From an uncultured Acidobacteriaceae bacterium (GTDB taxonomy: Bacteria > Acidobacteriota > Terriglobia > Terriglobales > Acidobacteriaceae), in contig CAXUEE010000008.1 of the NCBI GenBank assembly GCA_964249905.1, positions 3,764 through 40,622 of the forward strand: a stretch of 36,859 nucleotides of DNA. The letters run 5' to 3'. Shown piece after piece: positions 8,751-19,078 of this stretch. How positions within the stretch are numbered: the first letter of the stretch is position 1; every line of letters starts with the position of its first letter. The position numbers were made by a program, and so were the translations under genes. Under the pieces are notes generated by a model that worked only from the letters and a program-made list of their open reading frames with translations, searched no databases and had not been told where the DNA came from.

Positions 8751-9400
8751 AGACCGGCGAGGCCGTGCCAGGCAATCTGCACGCCGATGCATAGGAGCAG
8801 GAACGAAACGAGCCGCAGGATGCCGTGCGCTGTTCCAGGGGAAACGGTTGTGATCAGACGCGGTGCATATCCATAAGCGAGCGCGACACTTGCACACAGT
8901 ACTGCAGCGGCGAGCACTGTCCCGGCGTGCACAAGCGCACGGCCATTTCCGGCTTGCAGGGCCGCACGCGCGCTAAGTGTCAGCATGGCAACCATGCAGC
9001 CCGGTCCGGTCGTAACAGGAAATGTGAAAGGGTAGAAGACTTTCGCGCGCAACGCCGCATCTTCTGCAACGGCGTCAACCTGCGACTGCACAGCCGCGGT
9101 CTCTGTTGCGGCATCCGGCTGGAACAGCAGCCGCCATCCAGTTGCCGCCAGAACAGCGCCGCCAGCTGCTTGAACGACGGGCAGAGTGAGACCAAAGAAC
9201 GTAAGAGCAATCCCGCCTAGATACTCGCACGCGATCAGAAATAAGAATGAGGCCAAAGCGATGCGACGACCGAGTAGGCGATACTCCGCGGGTGGCTGCG
9301 GCCCGATCAGGTCTGCGAAGATCAGCGCGGAACCCAACGGGTTTACTAGCGGCAGCAGCATACTGAATGCGAAGAGAAAGGACCGCCAGATCAGCATCAC
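8741..9400 (-). CDS. MarC family membrane protein
   Basis: LPLVNPLG, FYPFTFPVTTGPG, RLVSFLLLCIGVQI. About six TM segments. Confidence 0.92.
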   Translation of the reverse strand: MMLIWRSFLFAFSMLLPLVNPLGSALIFADLIGPQPPAEYRLLGRRIALASFLFLIACEYLGGIALTFFGLTLPVVQAAGGAVLAATGWRLLFQPDAATETAAVQSQVDAVAEDAALRAKVFYPFTFPVTTGPGCMVAMLTLSARAALQAGNGRALVHAGTVLAAAVLCASVALAYGYAPRLITTVSPGTAHGILRLVSFLLLCIGVQIAWHGLAGLHA

Positions 9401-9484
9401 CGATCACCCTCTTGCAAGCAGCGGCGAAGGACAACGCTGGTCTTGGATCTCCAGTTCAGCAGACCGCAGGGCTGCGAAGACGAT

Positions 9485-9844
9485 CTAAACATCTTCGTGC
9501 AGCAGGCCTTGCCAGTTCAGCGGCACCCGTTCAGTCGGTCCCGGTGACGCTTGTTCCAGTGGCCGGCAGCGGGGCGGCAACAGTCGCCGGCCTCGCACGA
9601 TGTCTTGCTTTGCGTAATCGAAAAACCAGTGCTGCAAAGGCTCAAAGCTTGCCACCACAGGATGTCCGGCGCTATGCGCATGTTTCGCCGCATGCTGTCC
9701 TGGCGAACTGTCACAGCACCCGATGTGGCCGCACTCCGCACACCGGCGAAGATGGAGCCACCATCCGTCTGTCGCCAGGCACTCCTCGCAACCGACGCTC
9801 TTTGGTTCGGATAAGAGATTGATACCGCGCCGCACGGTGCCCAT
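9485..9844 (-). CDS. UBP-type zinc finger protein, copy 2
   Basis: GCEECLATDGWWLHLRRCAECGHIGCCDSSPGQHAAKH...GHPVVASFEP. RBS GGAGG. Confidence 0.92.
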   Translation of the reverse strand: MGTVRRGINLLSEPKSVGCEECLATDGWWLHLRRCAECGHIGCCDSSPGQHAAKHAHSAGHPVVASFEPLQHWFFDYAKQDIVRGRRLLPPRCRPLEQASPGPTERVPLNWQGLLHEDV

Positions 9845-9969
9845 GGATCTTGGCCTCCACCATTGATAATCCTGAGATTAGGTGTTGTGCAGCAGCGGCC
9901 CAACTCTGAAAGTATGCCTGCCTTTCCCTACTTCCGAGGTTGCGATCAAAAGTAGAGAAATAAAGCCTG

Positions 9970-10599
9970 CTAGCCGTCCAAGAATCCGCGCCGCATGGCA
10001 ATCGTCACCGCGTGCGTGCGGTCGTTCGCCGAGAGCTTCTGCATAATGTTCTTCAGATGATCCTTGACAGTCGGTTCCGTTACCTTCAAACGTGCCGCAA
10101 TGAGCTTATTTGAAGTTCCGTTTGCCACATGACGAAGAACCTCGATCTCTCGTTCCGAGAGTTTTTCTTCGGCGATGTGTTCTGCGATCTCCTGCGCGAT
10201 CATAGGATGAATCACACGTTTACCAGTAGAGACGGTGCGTATGGTCGAGATCAGATCCTTCCGCAACATGCTCTTCAACAGATAACCGGAAGCGCCCGCA
10301 CGCAACGCGCGCACAGCCTGCACATCTCCGCCATAAGTGGTAAGTACGACAACGACAGCCGTTGGAAATTCAGAGCGTATGCTCCGCAGTGCAGCCAGTC
10401 CGTTCTTCTCAGGCATCTGTAGGTCCATCAACGTGACGTCCGGGCGCAATGCGCGAAACTGGATCACGGCCTCCAGGCCATTTCGCGCCTCACCGACGAT
10501 CTTGATGTCGGTTTCGCCATGGAGCGCCGCGGCAATCCCTTCCAGCAGCAAAGGATGATCGTCTACAACCATGACTCGTATGAGCGATTTCAATGGCAC
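9970..10599 (-). CDS. NarL/FixJ family response regulator (REC plus LuxR HTH)
   Basis: VVDDH, LMDLQMP phosphoacceptor, YLLK, LSEREIEVL...SNKLIA...TVKDH. Confidence 0.95.
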   Translation of the reverse strand: MPLKSLIRVMVVDDHPLLLEGIAAALHGETDIKIVGEARNGLEAVIQFRALRPDVTLMDLQMPEKNGLAALRSIRSEFPTAVVVVLTTYGGDVQAVRALRAGASGYLLKSMLRKDLISTIRTVSTGKRVIHPMIAQEIAEHIAEEKLSEREIEVLRHVANGTSNKLIAARLKVTEPTVKDHLKNIMQKLSANDRTHAVTIAMRRGFLDG

Positions 10600-11172
10600 T
10601 GTATCTCACAGCAGTAGCATGCGTGACGGCTTCGGGGCGACCGCGACTTCGGTTGGGGAAAAAACATCGCTTGGATACCCGAAACCAGTTTACGCCATCA
10701 ATCTCTAGACCGGGTCAACTTCTACCAGTCGGAGCGGTCATGAGAGCTAAACCAGAGCGGGTCACACCTCCAGACGCGATCATCTACGGATGGGGATGTT
10801 CTCTCTCCCGAAAGGGCGAGAGTCCGGGTAAATACACGAGTTGAGTCATCCCCGGAACCGCGCCGCGCTTAGAAGGACGACAGACGTTCAACTCGTCCTT
10901 GCTTCTCAGGTGTCTCTTGTTCGAAATAATTCTGGAGACGTGATGGATCTTGCCACTCTTGTGCATCGAAAACCTGGTCTCTGTGTGGAACGAGCGTGAT
11001 CAACGCAGACGAAACGCCGCGCTGATGTTGTCGTTGCAGCGCATGCCTTACCCCACAGTTGCTGGTGTCCGCGCCCTGATCAAAGGGTTGTAGCTCGGTG
11101 GAGTTGACCGGTGCCACGACCGCTCATGCTCGTCACAGCCGCATTACGCATGAGAAGGGACCGCAGAGGAGC

Positions 11173-11771
11173 CTAGCCGAGAGTAGCGAGGTTCTGGAAG
11201 AGCAGTCCTCCAGGAAGGCCCTCGATAACATGAAGCGGTACGCCGCCCTGATCGAGCCTTCCTAGCCTTACGGGAGCGAAGCCGAGCTGCGTCGCCAGAG
11301 CTGCGACGGTCACGCTTGCGTCCTCGTCGTTGCTTGAGAGAAATACAGCCTGCTTCTGTCCTGCCGAAGCGGGGGCGTTCCAAGTTGTTCCGCCGGGAGA
11401 TGATTAAACGCTTTCACCAGGCGTGCTCCGGCGAACGATTTAGCGATGATCTCAGAAGAAAGCTGACCGCCCAAATCTTGGGGACTTATGTGCAACGCAT
11501 TTGTAGCGTCGATCACGATCTTGCTGTCCCAGCTCTCCAGCTGTCTCGCAACGTCTCTGTGAGACGTGAATGGGACCGCAAGCAGGATGACCTCAGCCTG
11601 AGTTGCCTCCCGAAGAGATTGCGGAATGATACTAGGACCAAGCGCCTCCGCTAACGGAGCGAGCGTCTCCGGTGCACGTGAGTTTGCGATCCCGACCTCG
11701 ATCTTGTTCTGCGCAAACTTGCGCGCGAGCGCTTTGCCTATCTTGCCCGAACCAACAATCGCATACTTCAT
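11173..11771 (-). pseudogene. NADPH-dependent F420 reductase-like dinucleotide-binding protein, single frameshift
   Basis: MKYAIVGSGKIG...IVIDATN...LVKAFNHLPA. One base is missing in the G5 run at 11371-11375. The other frame continues GQKQAVFLSSNDEDA...LGFAPVRLGRLDQGG to TAG at 11173. Confidence 0.82.
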
Positions 11772-11864
11772 TTTGAAGCCTCCAATGTTCGTGATGCTTA
11801 CGGATACAGGTGATGTCTGAACTACGTGCAGATCAGTTCGCATAAGCGATTGGCCCCGTGCGAC

Positions 11865-12623
11865 CTAAAGCATGCCGTTGTTGTTCTTCCATTCCCCTTG
11901 AGGGGGGACCGTCTCGGGAAAACCCCAGTGCTCTACGATCTTGTCGTCCTGCACACGGTAAAGGTCGATGTAGACGCACGGCTCTCCCTCATGGGTTCCC
12001 TTCGCGGCGATGAATACGAGGTCGCCCCGCCCAAACAGGAACTTGATTTCGTCGATGGTCCGGTGCTGCATGAGGACCTCCACATCCTGCAAAAAGTGTC
12101 CGACACCATCCCGGACACCGGGTTCATGCCGAATCATGAGGTCCCCGGAAAAGTACTGCTCACTTCGACTGTGGTCGCCGCGGATGTGAAACGTCTCGTA
12201 ATACGTGCGCAGCAAGGACTTGTTCTTCTCCGTGTCGTCCAGGTGCGTCGCCTCAGTTGGCCCATCGATCTGCGTGTGTCCGCTCCCATTCGGTGGAGCG
12301 TCCATGGCGGAGAAGGCCCAGTGCTCCACAACCAAGCCGTTCTCAAACCGGAAGATGTCGAAGAAGACATTCCGGCCAGATCGTTGTCCCTGCGCCTGCG
12401 TAACGACATAAGGACCATCCTGAAATGCCCGCACCACATCCAGCTGCAACTGATCACGTGGTGACTGGTTGATAAAACGAGTGAGACCCTCTACACCATC
12501 GGCCGCGTGCGGATTGTGTTGCACGAAACGCTCCCGGTCGATATGTTGCACTGCACGGCTTACGTCGCCGGCGCTGATGCCGGCAAACACGGTCAAGACC
12601 TTCTCAACTTCGCTCGCTGCCAT
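11865..12623 (-). CDS. Tandem SnoaL-like/NTF2 domain protein
   Basis: Two repeats: QHNPHAADG...FDIFRFENGLVVEHW and RHEPGVRDG...IDLYRVQDDKIVEHW. ATG 12623 preferred. Confidence 0.88.
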   Translation of the reverse strand: MAASEVEKVLTVFAGISAGDVSRAVQHIDRERFVQHNPHAADGVEGLTRFINQSPRDQLQLDVVRAFQDGPYVVTQAQGQRSGRNVFFDIFRFENGLVVEHWAFSAMDAPPNGSGHTQIDGPTEATHLDDTEKNKSLLRTYYETFHIRGDHSRSEQYFSGDLMIRHEPGVRDGVGHFLQDVEVLMQHRTIDEIKFLFGRGDLVFIAAKGTHEGEPCVYIDLYRVQDDKIVEHWGFPETVPPQGEWKNNNGML

Positions 12624-12692
12624 GACGACCTTTCTCAAGCTGATCAAACATTCACAATTCTTCTAGGGCCCCGCAGCGGAAAGCTGCGAGCC

Positions 12693-13442
12693 TCAGACCT
12701 GAGCCACTCCACCGTCGACCATCAGGTCCGAACCCGTCATGTACGAGCTTTGGTCAGACGCCAGGAATAGGGCCGCACTCGCAAGCTCCTCTGCCTGTCC
12801 CAGGCGACCAAACGGGATCATACTCAGGTACATGTTCACGAGAGAGTCGCGATCTCCAAGTCCGGACGCCTGTGAGTCCAGCATGGGCGTGTCCGTTACG
12901 CCAGGGCTTAGGGTATTCACACGGATCCCACGATCCTTAAACTCCGCCGCCCACGTGCGCGCATAAGAACGCAACGCCGCCTTGGTCGCCGCATACGCGG
13001 TATGGCCAGGAATCCCCATAACATGCATGCCCGAGCCAACCAGAATGATAGATCCGCCCTTGCTCATCAGCGGCAACAACTTCTGCACCGTAAAAACCGG
13101 AGCTTTCGCGTTCAGGTTGAAGACCTTGTCGAAGTGTTCCGGCGTGAGTGTGTCGATCGAGCCCTGCTCCGTCAAACCTGCGCTCGCCACAACGATGTCA
13201 ACCACACCCCTCTCGGCCCTCACCGTCGCGGCAATACGGTCCAGATCCTCCGGCTTGGTCACGTCGCCCTGGATGACAGTGACATTGCTTCCGATCAGCG
13301 AGACGGCCTTATCCAGTTCCGCCTGTCGGCGCGCCGTAATGAAGACGTAGGCGCTCTCCTTCACAAACCGCTCGGCCGTTGCCAACCCGATTCCGCTGTT
13401 GCCGCCGGTAATGACGGCTACCTTACCTGCCAGTACGCCCAT
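12693..13442 (-). CDS. SDR family oxidoreductase
   Basis: TGGNSGIG, YAATK catalytic YxxxK, IRVNTLSPG, VDGG. RBS AGGAG. Confidence 0.95.
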   Translation of the reverse strand: MGVLAGKVAVITGGNSGIGLATAERFVKESAYVFITARRQAELDKAVSLIGSNVTVIQGDVTKPEDLDRIAATVRAERGVVDIVVASAGLTEQGSIDTLTPEHFDKVFNLNAKAPVFTVQKLLPLMSKGGSIILVGSGMHVMGIPGHTAYAATKAALRSYARTWAAEFKDRGIRVNTLSPGVTDTPMLDSQASGLGDRDSLVNMYLSMIPFGRLGQAEELASAALFLASDQSSYMTGSDLMVDGGVAQV

Positions 13443-13467
13443 GTCTCATCTCCTTTGCGTCCTCTTG

Positions 13468-13493
13468 ACATCTGGAACTATCACTACAGATGT
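13468..13493. promoter_or_regulatory. Candidate TetR operator ACATCTG-N12-CAGATGT
   Basis: 7-bp inverted repeat overlapping a TTGACA (13465-13470), between the divergent SDR and tetR. Confidence 0.6.
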
Positions 13494-13540
13494 TCGGGTA
13501 AGCGAATCGGATTCATGATTCGGACTCTCTAATATGAAGA

Positions 13541-14158
13541 ATGAGTGCTAAGCCAGCAAACACCGGCAGAGGTAAGACGGGACGGCCGATCAGCTTTGAC
13601 AAAGAGGCGGCGCTCGAAGCCGCGATGCTGCTTTTCTGGGAGCGCGGCTATGAGGGCACCTCAATGGCCGATCTCACTCAGGTGATGGGCCTCAGTCCGT
13701 CAAGCATCTACGCCGCTTTCGGCGACAAGCACACCTTGTTCTCGCTTACCGTACAGCGTTACTTGGATACGCGCGCGCAGTACGCCGCAGAGGCGCTGCA
13801 GCAGCCTACGCTCGACAAGGTGATCCGCGCGCTCTTCCACACCACCGTATCGTTCCTCACCGCCGCGGGCCATCCTCCTACCTGCATGACCTTAGCGGGT
13901 GCCATGGGCTGCAGTCTTGACGCCGCACCTGCGCGAGATCTCATGACCGCGGTGCGCAGACAGAATGAGATCGCAATCCGCGAGCGCCTGCAGAGGGCTC
14001 GCAAAGCCGGAGAACTGCCGAAAGAGATCAACGTGGACGACTATACCCGCTACATCTCTGTGCTGCTTGCTGGCCTATCGATCCAGGCAGCAAATGGATC
14101 TAACGAGGCGGAATTGGGACGGACCTCACAGATGGCATTACGGCATCTGGGATACTGA
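13541..14158 (+). CDS. TetR/AcrR family regulator (NemR/ComR-like)
   Basis: GRPISFDKEAALEAAMLLFWERGYEGTSMADL...SSIYAAFGDK, with Cys residues in the C-terminal domain. Confidence 0.94.
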   Translation: MSAKPANTGRGKTGRPISFDKEAALEAAMLLFWERGYEGTSMADLTQVMGLSPSSIYAAFGDKHTLFSLTVQRYLDTRAQYAAEALQQPTLDKVIRALFHTTVSFLTAAGHPPTCMTLAGAMGCSLDAAPARDLMTAVRRQNEIAIRERLQRARKAGELPKEINVDDYTRYISVLLAGLSIQAANGSNEAELGRTSQMALRHLGY

Positions 14159-14217
14159 AGCTTTCCTCGCTACAGACTGTCTCGTATGATCTTTATCGAA
14201 TATAAGACGGAGCGTGA

Positions 14218-16703
14218 ATGCGTAAGGGGCTTGTTCTCGTTGGATTAGTCTTGCATGCACGATGTGCGCGTGGGCTGCTCTATGGATGCGCTATCCCACA
14301 GCCAGCAGGACCCGGATTGCTTTCGTCGCGCACGACGAGCTTTGGACGACTTCCCTCCAGGGAGGTGCGGCCCAGCGCCTGACTCACGATCCGGCGTTGT
14401 CTCCACACCGCTCTTCTCGCCCGATGGTCGTTGGATCGCCTACACCTTCAGACGTGATGGCCTGCGCGATGTTTTCGTCATTCACGCGGAAGGCGGTAAG
14501 CCGCGCCGGCTTGCCTATGAAGCGAGCAGTTTCGCGGAGGCCGCCACAACTGTCGCCTGGACGCCGGATTCCAAGCGAATCGTTTTTCTTTCTCATCGCA
14601 GCTCGCCAGTTACCAAACTCATACGAGCTTTCTCGGTCCCCGTTGGTGGCGGCTCCGCAGAGCTGTTGCCGCTTGATCGCGCCGGGCTGATGTCTTTCGC
14701 TCCTGGGGGACAAACGATTGCATACAACGCATTTCCGCAATCTCGAATTCTGTAAGCGCTACGGTGGACAGGCACAGAACATCTACACATACAACTTCGA
14801 TAGCCACACCCTGAACCGAATCACGGACTGGAAAGGCACCGACACCGCTCCGATGTGGTTCGGCAGGAAAACATACTTCCTTTTCCGACCGCGGCAGTAA
14901 CTTCCGCCGCAATGTCTGGAGCCTTGATCTCGATAGCAAGACTGTATATCAACTTACGGATTTCCAAAATTACGACATTGATTGGCCTTCTCTGGGTGGC
15001 TCCACGATCACTTTCCCGCAAGGCGGTCATCTTTTTGCGATCGATCTGCCCTCTGAGCAGCTTCGTCAGGTGAAAGTGGACGTTATTGACAATGAGGATC
15101 GAATGCTTCCTCACTCCGTCAGTGTGGGGCCGTTCGTACGAGTGACCGATGTCATGGGTAGAGTCGACTACGCCATCTCGCCTCATGGAGAGTAGATTCT
15201 GCTCTCTGCCCGGGGTGATCTCTTCCGCCTCCAGCAGAACTCCAAAGCGGAGGACCTTACAAACACACCCGGAGCCGACGAAGATCATCCTTCCTAGTCA
15301 CACCTGACGGTCAGATCATTGCGTACGAGACCGACAGCGATGGGGAACAGCAACTCGTCATTCGCTCCGCGCAACGTGGGCCAGAGCATCTCGTTACGCA
15401 CTTCCCGACCGGGTACTTCTATACGCCGGTATGGTCCCCGCTTAAGGACAGCCTGGCTGTCGCAGATGCCAACTACTCGCTCTGGTGGGTTCACCTGGAC
15501 GGCAGTTCGCCGCAACGCGTCGCTTTCGATCCTTTGCCGAGATTCGCGATGCGGCATTCTCACCCGACGGCCGCTGGCTGGCTGGCCTATAGCACTCAAC
15601 GACCGACAGGGCTGCGCGCCATACATCTGCATGAACTTGCCTCAGATCTCGACAAGGTGGTCAGCTCTCCGATGGAGAGCGATCGTGCTCCTGTTTTCAC
15701 CGGCGATGGCCGGCTTCTCGTATGGGCACTGGTGCAGAGAGCGATTCTCTAGCACCTGCTCGCACCGGCCTACTCGGAGCCGATTACGCTCTGGACAGCA
15801 ATTCCGGACGTTATCGCTTCGCTCGCATCTACAAAGGCGATCAGACTAGGCAGGGCATGCGTGGGCCGCTCGGCGAACCAGGCCTTTCCTTTCATTCAGG
15901 CGATTATCTGCTGGCCGTGAATGGGCGGGAGGTTCTCGCTCCGGACGACCCGGACTCTGTTCTCGCTGTGTCAAACAAAGGAGATCACGCTGGCGGTGGC
16001 GTCGTCTCTAACGGGCGCTCGGCACGAGGTTAGGCTAACTCCTCTTGCCGACGACATAGCCGTACGGAGACACGACTGGATTGAAGAGAACCGTGCGGAG
16101 GTGGATCGACTCTCGGGAGGCCGCTTGGGGTACATCTTCGTTACAGATTGCAACTCGGAGGGCTCGAAGGATTTCTGCGCTAGTTCTATCCGCAGCGTGA
16201 CAAGGATGGCCTTATCTTCGACGTTCGTTGGAATCGGGGAGGCTTTACCAGTCAGGCCGTACTTGACGTTCTTCGCCGCCAGCGAGCGGGAATTTCCGTG
16301 AATCGTGAGGAAGCCATCAGTCCGCTGGCCGTTGCGACAGCTCCTCGCGCGATGATCACAATTACGAAACTATGCCTCTGCATCCGACGGGGACCAGTTT
16401 CCGTCTTTCTTTTTGTAGGTTCGGCCTTCGCAAGCTCTTCGGAGAACGAACGTGGGGTGGTGTGCAAGGAATCAACTGGGTTATAGAAACGAAGGAGTCA
16501 CGCCAGATATTCCCGTCGAACCGCCGCCCGATGAGGCGACTACCCACAAGAATCTGGGGCTTGGAATTGCGGTTAGGCCCGCGCTTGAAGAGCTCAAGGA
16601 CAACCCGAAGCAGGTACCTAGGGCACCAGCTCCCTTGCCCGCATATCTACCGACTGGGGTCGTTCCAGGAGCCAACTTTCAGAGTAGACCTGCTGGTCGC
16701 TAA
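14218..16703 (+). pseudogene. Tricorn-type S41 peptidase, heavily frameshifted and deleted
   Basis: Fragments in shifting frames: MRYPTASRTRIAFVAHDELW; FSPDGRWIAY; AWTPDSKRIVF; ITDWKGTDTAPMW; PDZ GDYLLAVNG; RLSGGRLGYI; LIFDVRWNRGG; SASDGD; GERTWGG; NEGVTPDI. About 2.5 kb, shorter than a full tricorn gene. Confidence 0.9.
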
Positions 16704-16918
16704 TCGAAGCACTGCGCGACGGGCCGATCGGCTCAACAGCCCCATCTGCTATCAGAGATGCACCTGTGAAAGCCCCTGGAGTTACGATGCGGTCCCCTGT
16801 CCGTTTAAGGCATCGATTATCAGTCTCAAGGCACACACCTCATCATCATTGGAAAGCGCCATAGTCGCACTGGCTGCCCGTTCGCGAGTCGCTTCATAGC
16901 AATGCGGACGTATCTCGT

Positions 16919-18181
16919 TTACACGTCGAGCGCGGCACGTTCGCTACAACCGAAGGGTCCCTTGACGCGAAGTTCTCCAACACATCCAAGCTGCTCTATC
17001 GGCATAACATCCCTACCGTGGCTCATAAGCCGTCCACACGTGATGCGGCGAGCACTTCCGCTCTGCTTGATACTTAGGGCAATGGCAGTGAGCTGCTGCT
17101 GCACTCCCTTCACGAGTGAGGTGCCCGTTCCGCCGAATGTCTCAATGCCACGCCGAAACCGTAGCTCTCCCACCGGTTGACTGATCTGTACGCCTACCGC
17201 GCCATCTCCGCGAGTCACGATCCGGTCGAACTCAGCTCGCTCTACAGTTCCGCTATACACGTTGAAGCCTCGCGCGCCTTGCCCATGTGTTTCGATAGGG
17301 GCTTGGACCTGTAGCTCGCAAACCGTGCCGAAGTTCACGAAGCCGATGGCGCTCTCACCATAGGTTGTCACGCTTGCTTTGGCGATCCAGCGATCCACTT
17401 CACCCCAATTATCGAGAGCCATGTCATTGGCTCCGAAGGTAGTCACACGACCGCGGTTCTCTATCAGTTCTGCGGCGGCGCCGTGTACCAAGAAAACACC
17501 ACCCGAAATGCGATCAGCCGTCCCGGGTGCGATGCGGCCATCGCTATACACCGCTCCCGTGCGCAAACGCTCTACGTTCAATGAGATCTCAGTTGACCCG
17601 GCGCCCCCGACGAAGACACCGCTGCCGCGGACTGGTTCCTGCCTGCTACCGACTGAAATATCGAGAAGATCAGCCGTCACTGGAACGGATCTTCCGGCTC
17701 CCAGTACCCAGAGTGTGAATGCGCCCTGAAGCACGGAGACTCCGAAGCCGTTTGGCTGCTCCGCTTGCGCCGTGGCATCCGCGGCTGCGATGTGCAAGCC
17801 TCGCACTTCGACTCTCGCCAACTGCTGAGAAGAGTGCGTGACGATGCGCACGCAGCCTACAGTCTCGACACCCTCGATCCAAATCGAGCCGAGTTCCGGG
17901 ACATCCGGATCCGCGGCGAGAGCGTCAGCTCCTGGGGCGACCATCAACCGCAGTCCCTGTATACGGTTCTCGCCACGGAGCTGCACACCGCTGCTACCTT
18001 GAACGAATCTGACGGTGGGACGCACGCCACTGGCACCCTGCAGATGAGCTCCCCGCAGCAGAAAAAAAGCGGGCACCTCATCCAGGTCGCGTCCGATCTC
18101 TATGACCTGACACTCTGGTGCGATGACCGCGTTAAGCAGCTCGGAAACTGAATCGACTTGGCGGGTGGTAGGCAAACGCAT
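16919..18181 (-). CDS. Uncharacterised putative parallel beta-helix protein
   Basis: Long intact ORF. Repeats TTFGANDMAL / TTYGESAIGF / ETHGQGARGF / VTRGDGAVGV / ETFGGTG at about 26-29 aa spacing. ATG 18181 chosen, but the start is uncertain. Confidence 0.75.
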   Translation of the reverse strand: MRLPTTRQVDSVSELLNAVIAPECQVIEIGRDLDEVPAFFLLRGAHLQGASGVRPTVRFVQGSSGVQLRGENRIQGLRLMVAPGADALAADPDVPELGSIWIEGVETVGCVRIVTHSSQQLARVEVRGLHIAAADATAQAEQPNGFGVSVLQGAFTLWVLGAGRSVPVTADLLDISVGSRQEPVRGSGVFVGGAGSTEISLNVERLRTGAVYSDGRIAPGTADRISGGVFLVHGAAAELIENRGRVTTFGANDMALDNWGEVDRWIAKASVTTYGESAIGFVNFGTVCELQVQAPIETHGQGARGFNVYSGTVERAEFDRIVTRGDGAVGVQISQPVGELRFRRGIETFGGTGTSLVKGVQQQLTAIALSIKQSGSARRITCGRLMSHGRDVMPIEQLGCVGELRVKGPFGCSERAALDV

Positions 18182-18211
18182 CCTTTCGCGCAACACAGCT
18201 TGCAAACGAGA

Positions 18212-18229
18212 TGCCTTGATTGCAAGATA
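18212..18229. promoter_or_regulatory. Candidate MarR operator (1 mismatch) over a possible -35
   Basis: TGCCTTGATTGCAAGATA. On the minus strand TTGCAA-17 nt-CAAGCT precedes the beta-helix gene. Confidence 0.5.
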
Positions 18230-18481
18230 AATGATGATGCAGTCTGAGTCCAACAAGGGTAAGCGACTGCTCGAACAATGACAGAGCTGCTCGGCCCGAC
18301 GTTGCTTGCAATCGCCAAGCCTAGATGCTCTTCATTGGATCCGCAACATACTCTCCGATGGAGCCTCGCGCCCGGGGTCTTCTACCGAAGCCGGCACTTG
18401 ACAGTGTTTATCTAGGCAAGGCTCACGACGTCACCTTTCGGAAAAGACCATGAGTGGAGAACAAGAGGATGGACCAAACCT

Positions 18482-19061
18482 TTGCAACGTAGAGACATGA
18501 TTGCTTTAGCGCGCACCGCTATGGTTGCTGGATCGATGCTTGTCTTCGCCCCGTCTTTGTCGCGAGTTACGGCGGTCCACGCACAAGCGCCAACTTCATG
18601 GGAATTCGATTTACCTGGCATGGATCGTTCGATTCAACTCGGCGACAATTTCTACACGTTTGCCAATGGACGGGCAGTAGATGCAATGGTGATTCCACGG
18701 CAGCGGTCATTCATCGGGCCCTCAGCCGCTCTTGCGGAGCTTTCGGATCAGCGTATGAAGGGATTACTGGAGACAGCAGCAGCCTCGCATACACGTCAAC
18801 CAGCGTGGTCCGCGCAGGCGGGCGCCCTTTTCGCCTCGTTCATGGACACAGCGACGCTGGATGCAAGAGGTCTCGCTCCGCTGCGTTCGGTTCTCGATTC
18901 GCATGCGCCGTCTGGCACTATCCGATCCGCACGCGCCCTCTACAGCCAGAGTCAATGGTGTGGTGCGGAATATGGACTCATGGTATGACGCCTGGAGCGT
19001 ACAGCCCCAAGACAAGCTGTCTCACGCCGGAATAGCGCGTGCACATCTGGTATATGGCTGA
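18482..19061 (+). pseudogene. M13 (PepO/neprilysin) metallopeptidase with the catalytic core deleted
   Basis: N-terminus DLPGMDRSIQLGDNFYTFANG...ASFMD...LDARGLAPL is joined out of frame to the C-terminus SDPHAPSTARVNGVVRNMDSWYDAWSVQPQDKL. No HEXXH. Confidence 0.88.
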
Positions 19062-19078
19062 ATAAGAGCCTCAAGCAT

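Noticed and set aside
10600-11140. Short ORFs upstream of the response regulator
   Set aside because: No recognisable motifs in the frames examined. Possibly an eroded gene, but not assignable.
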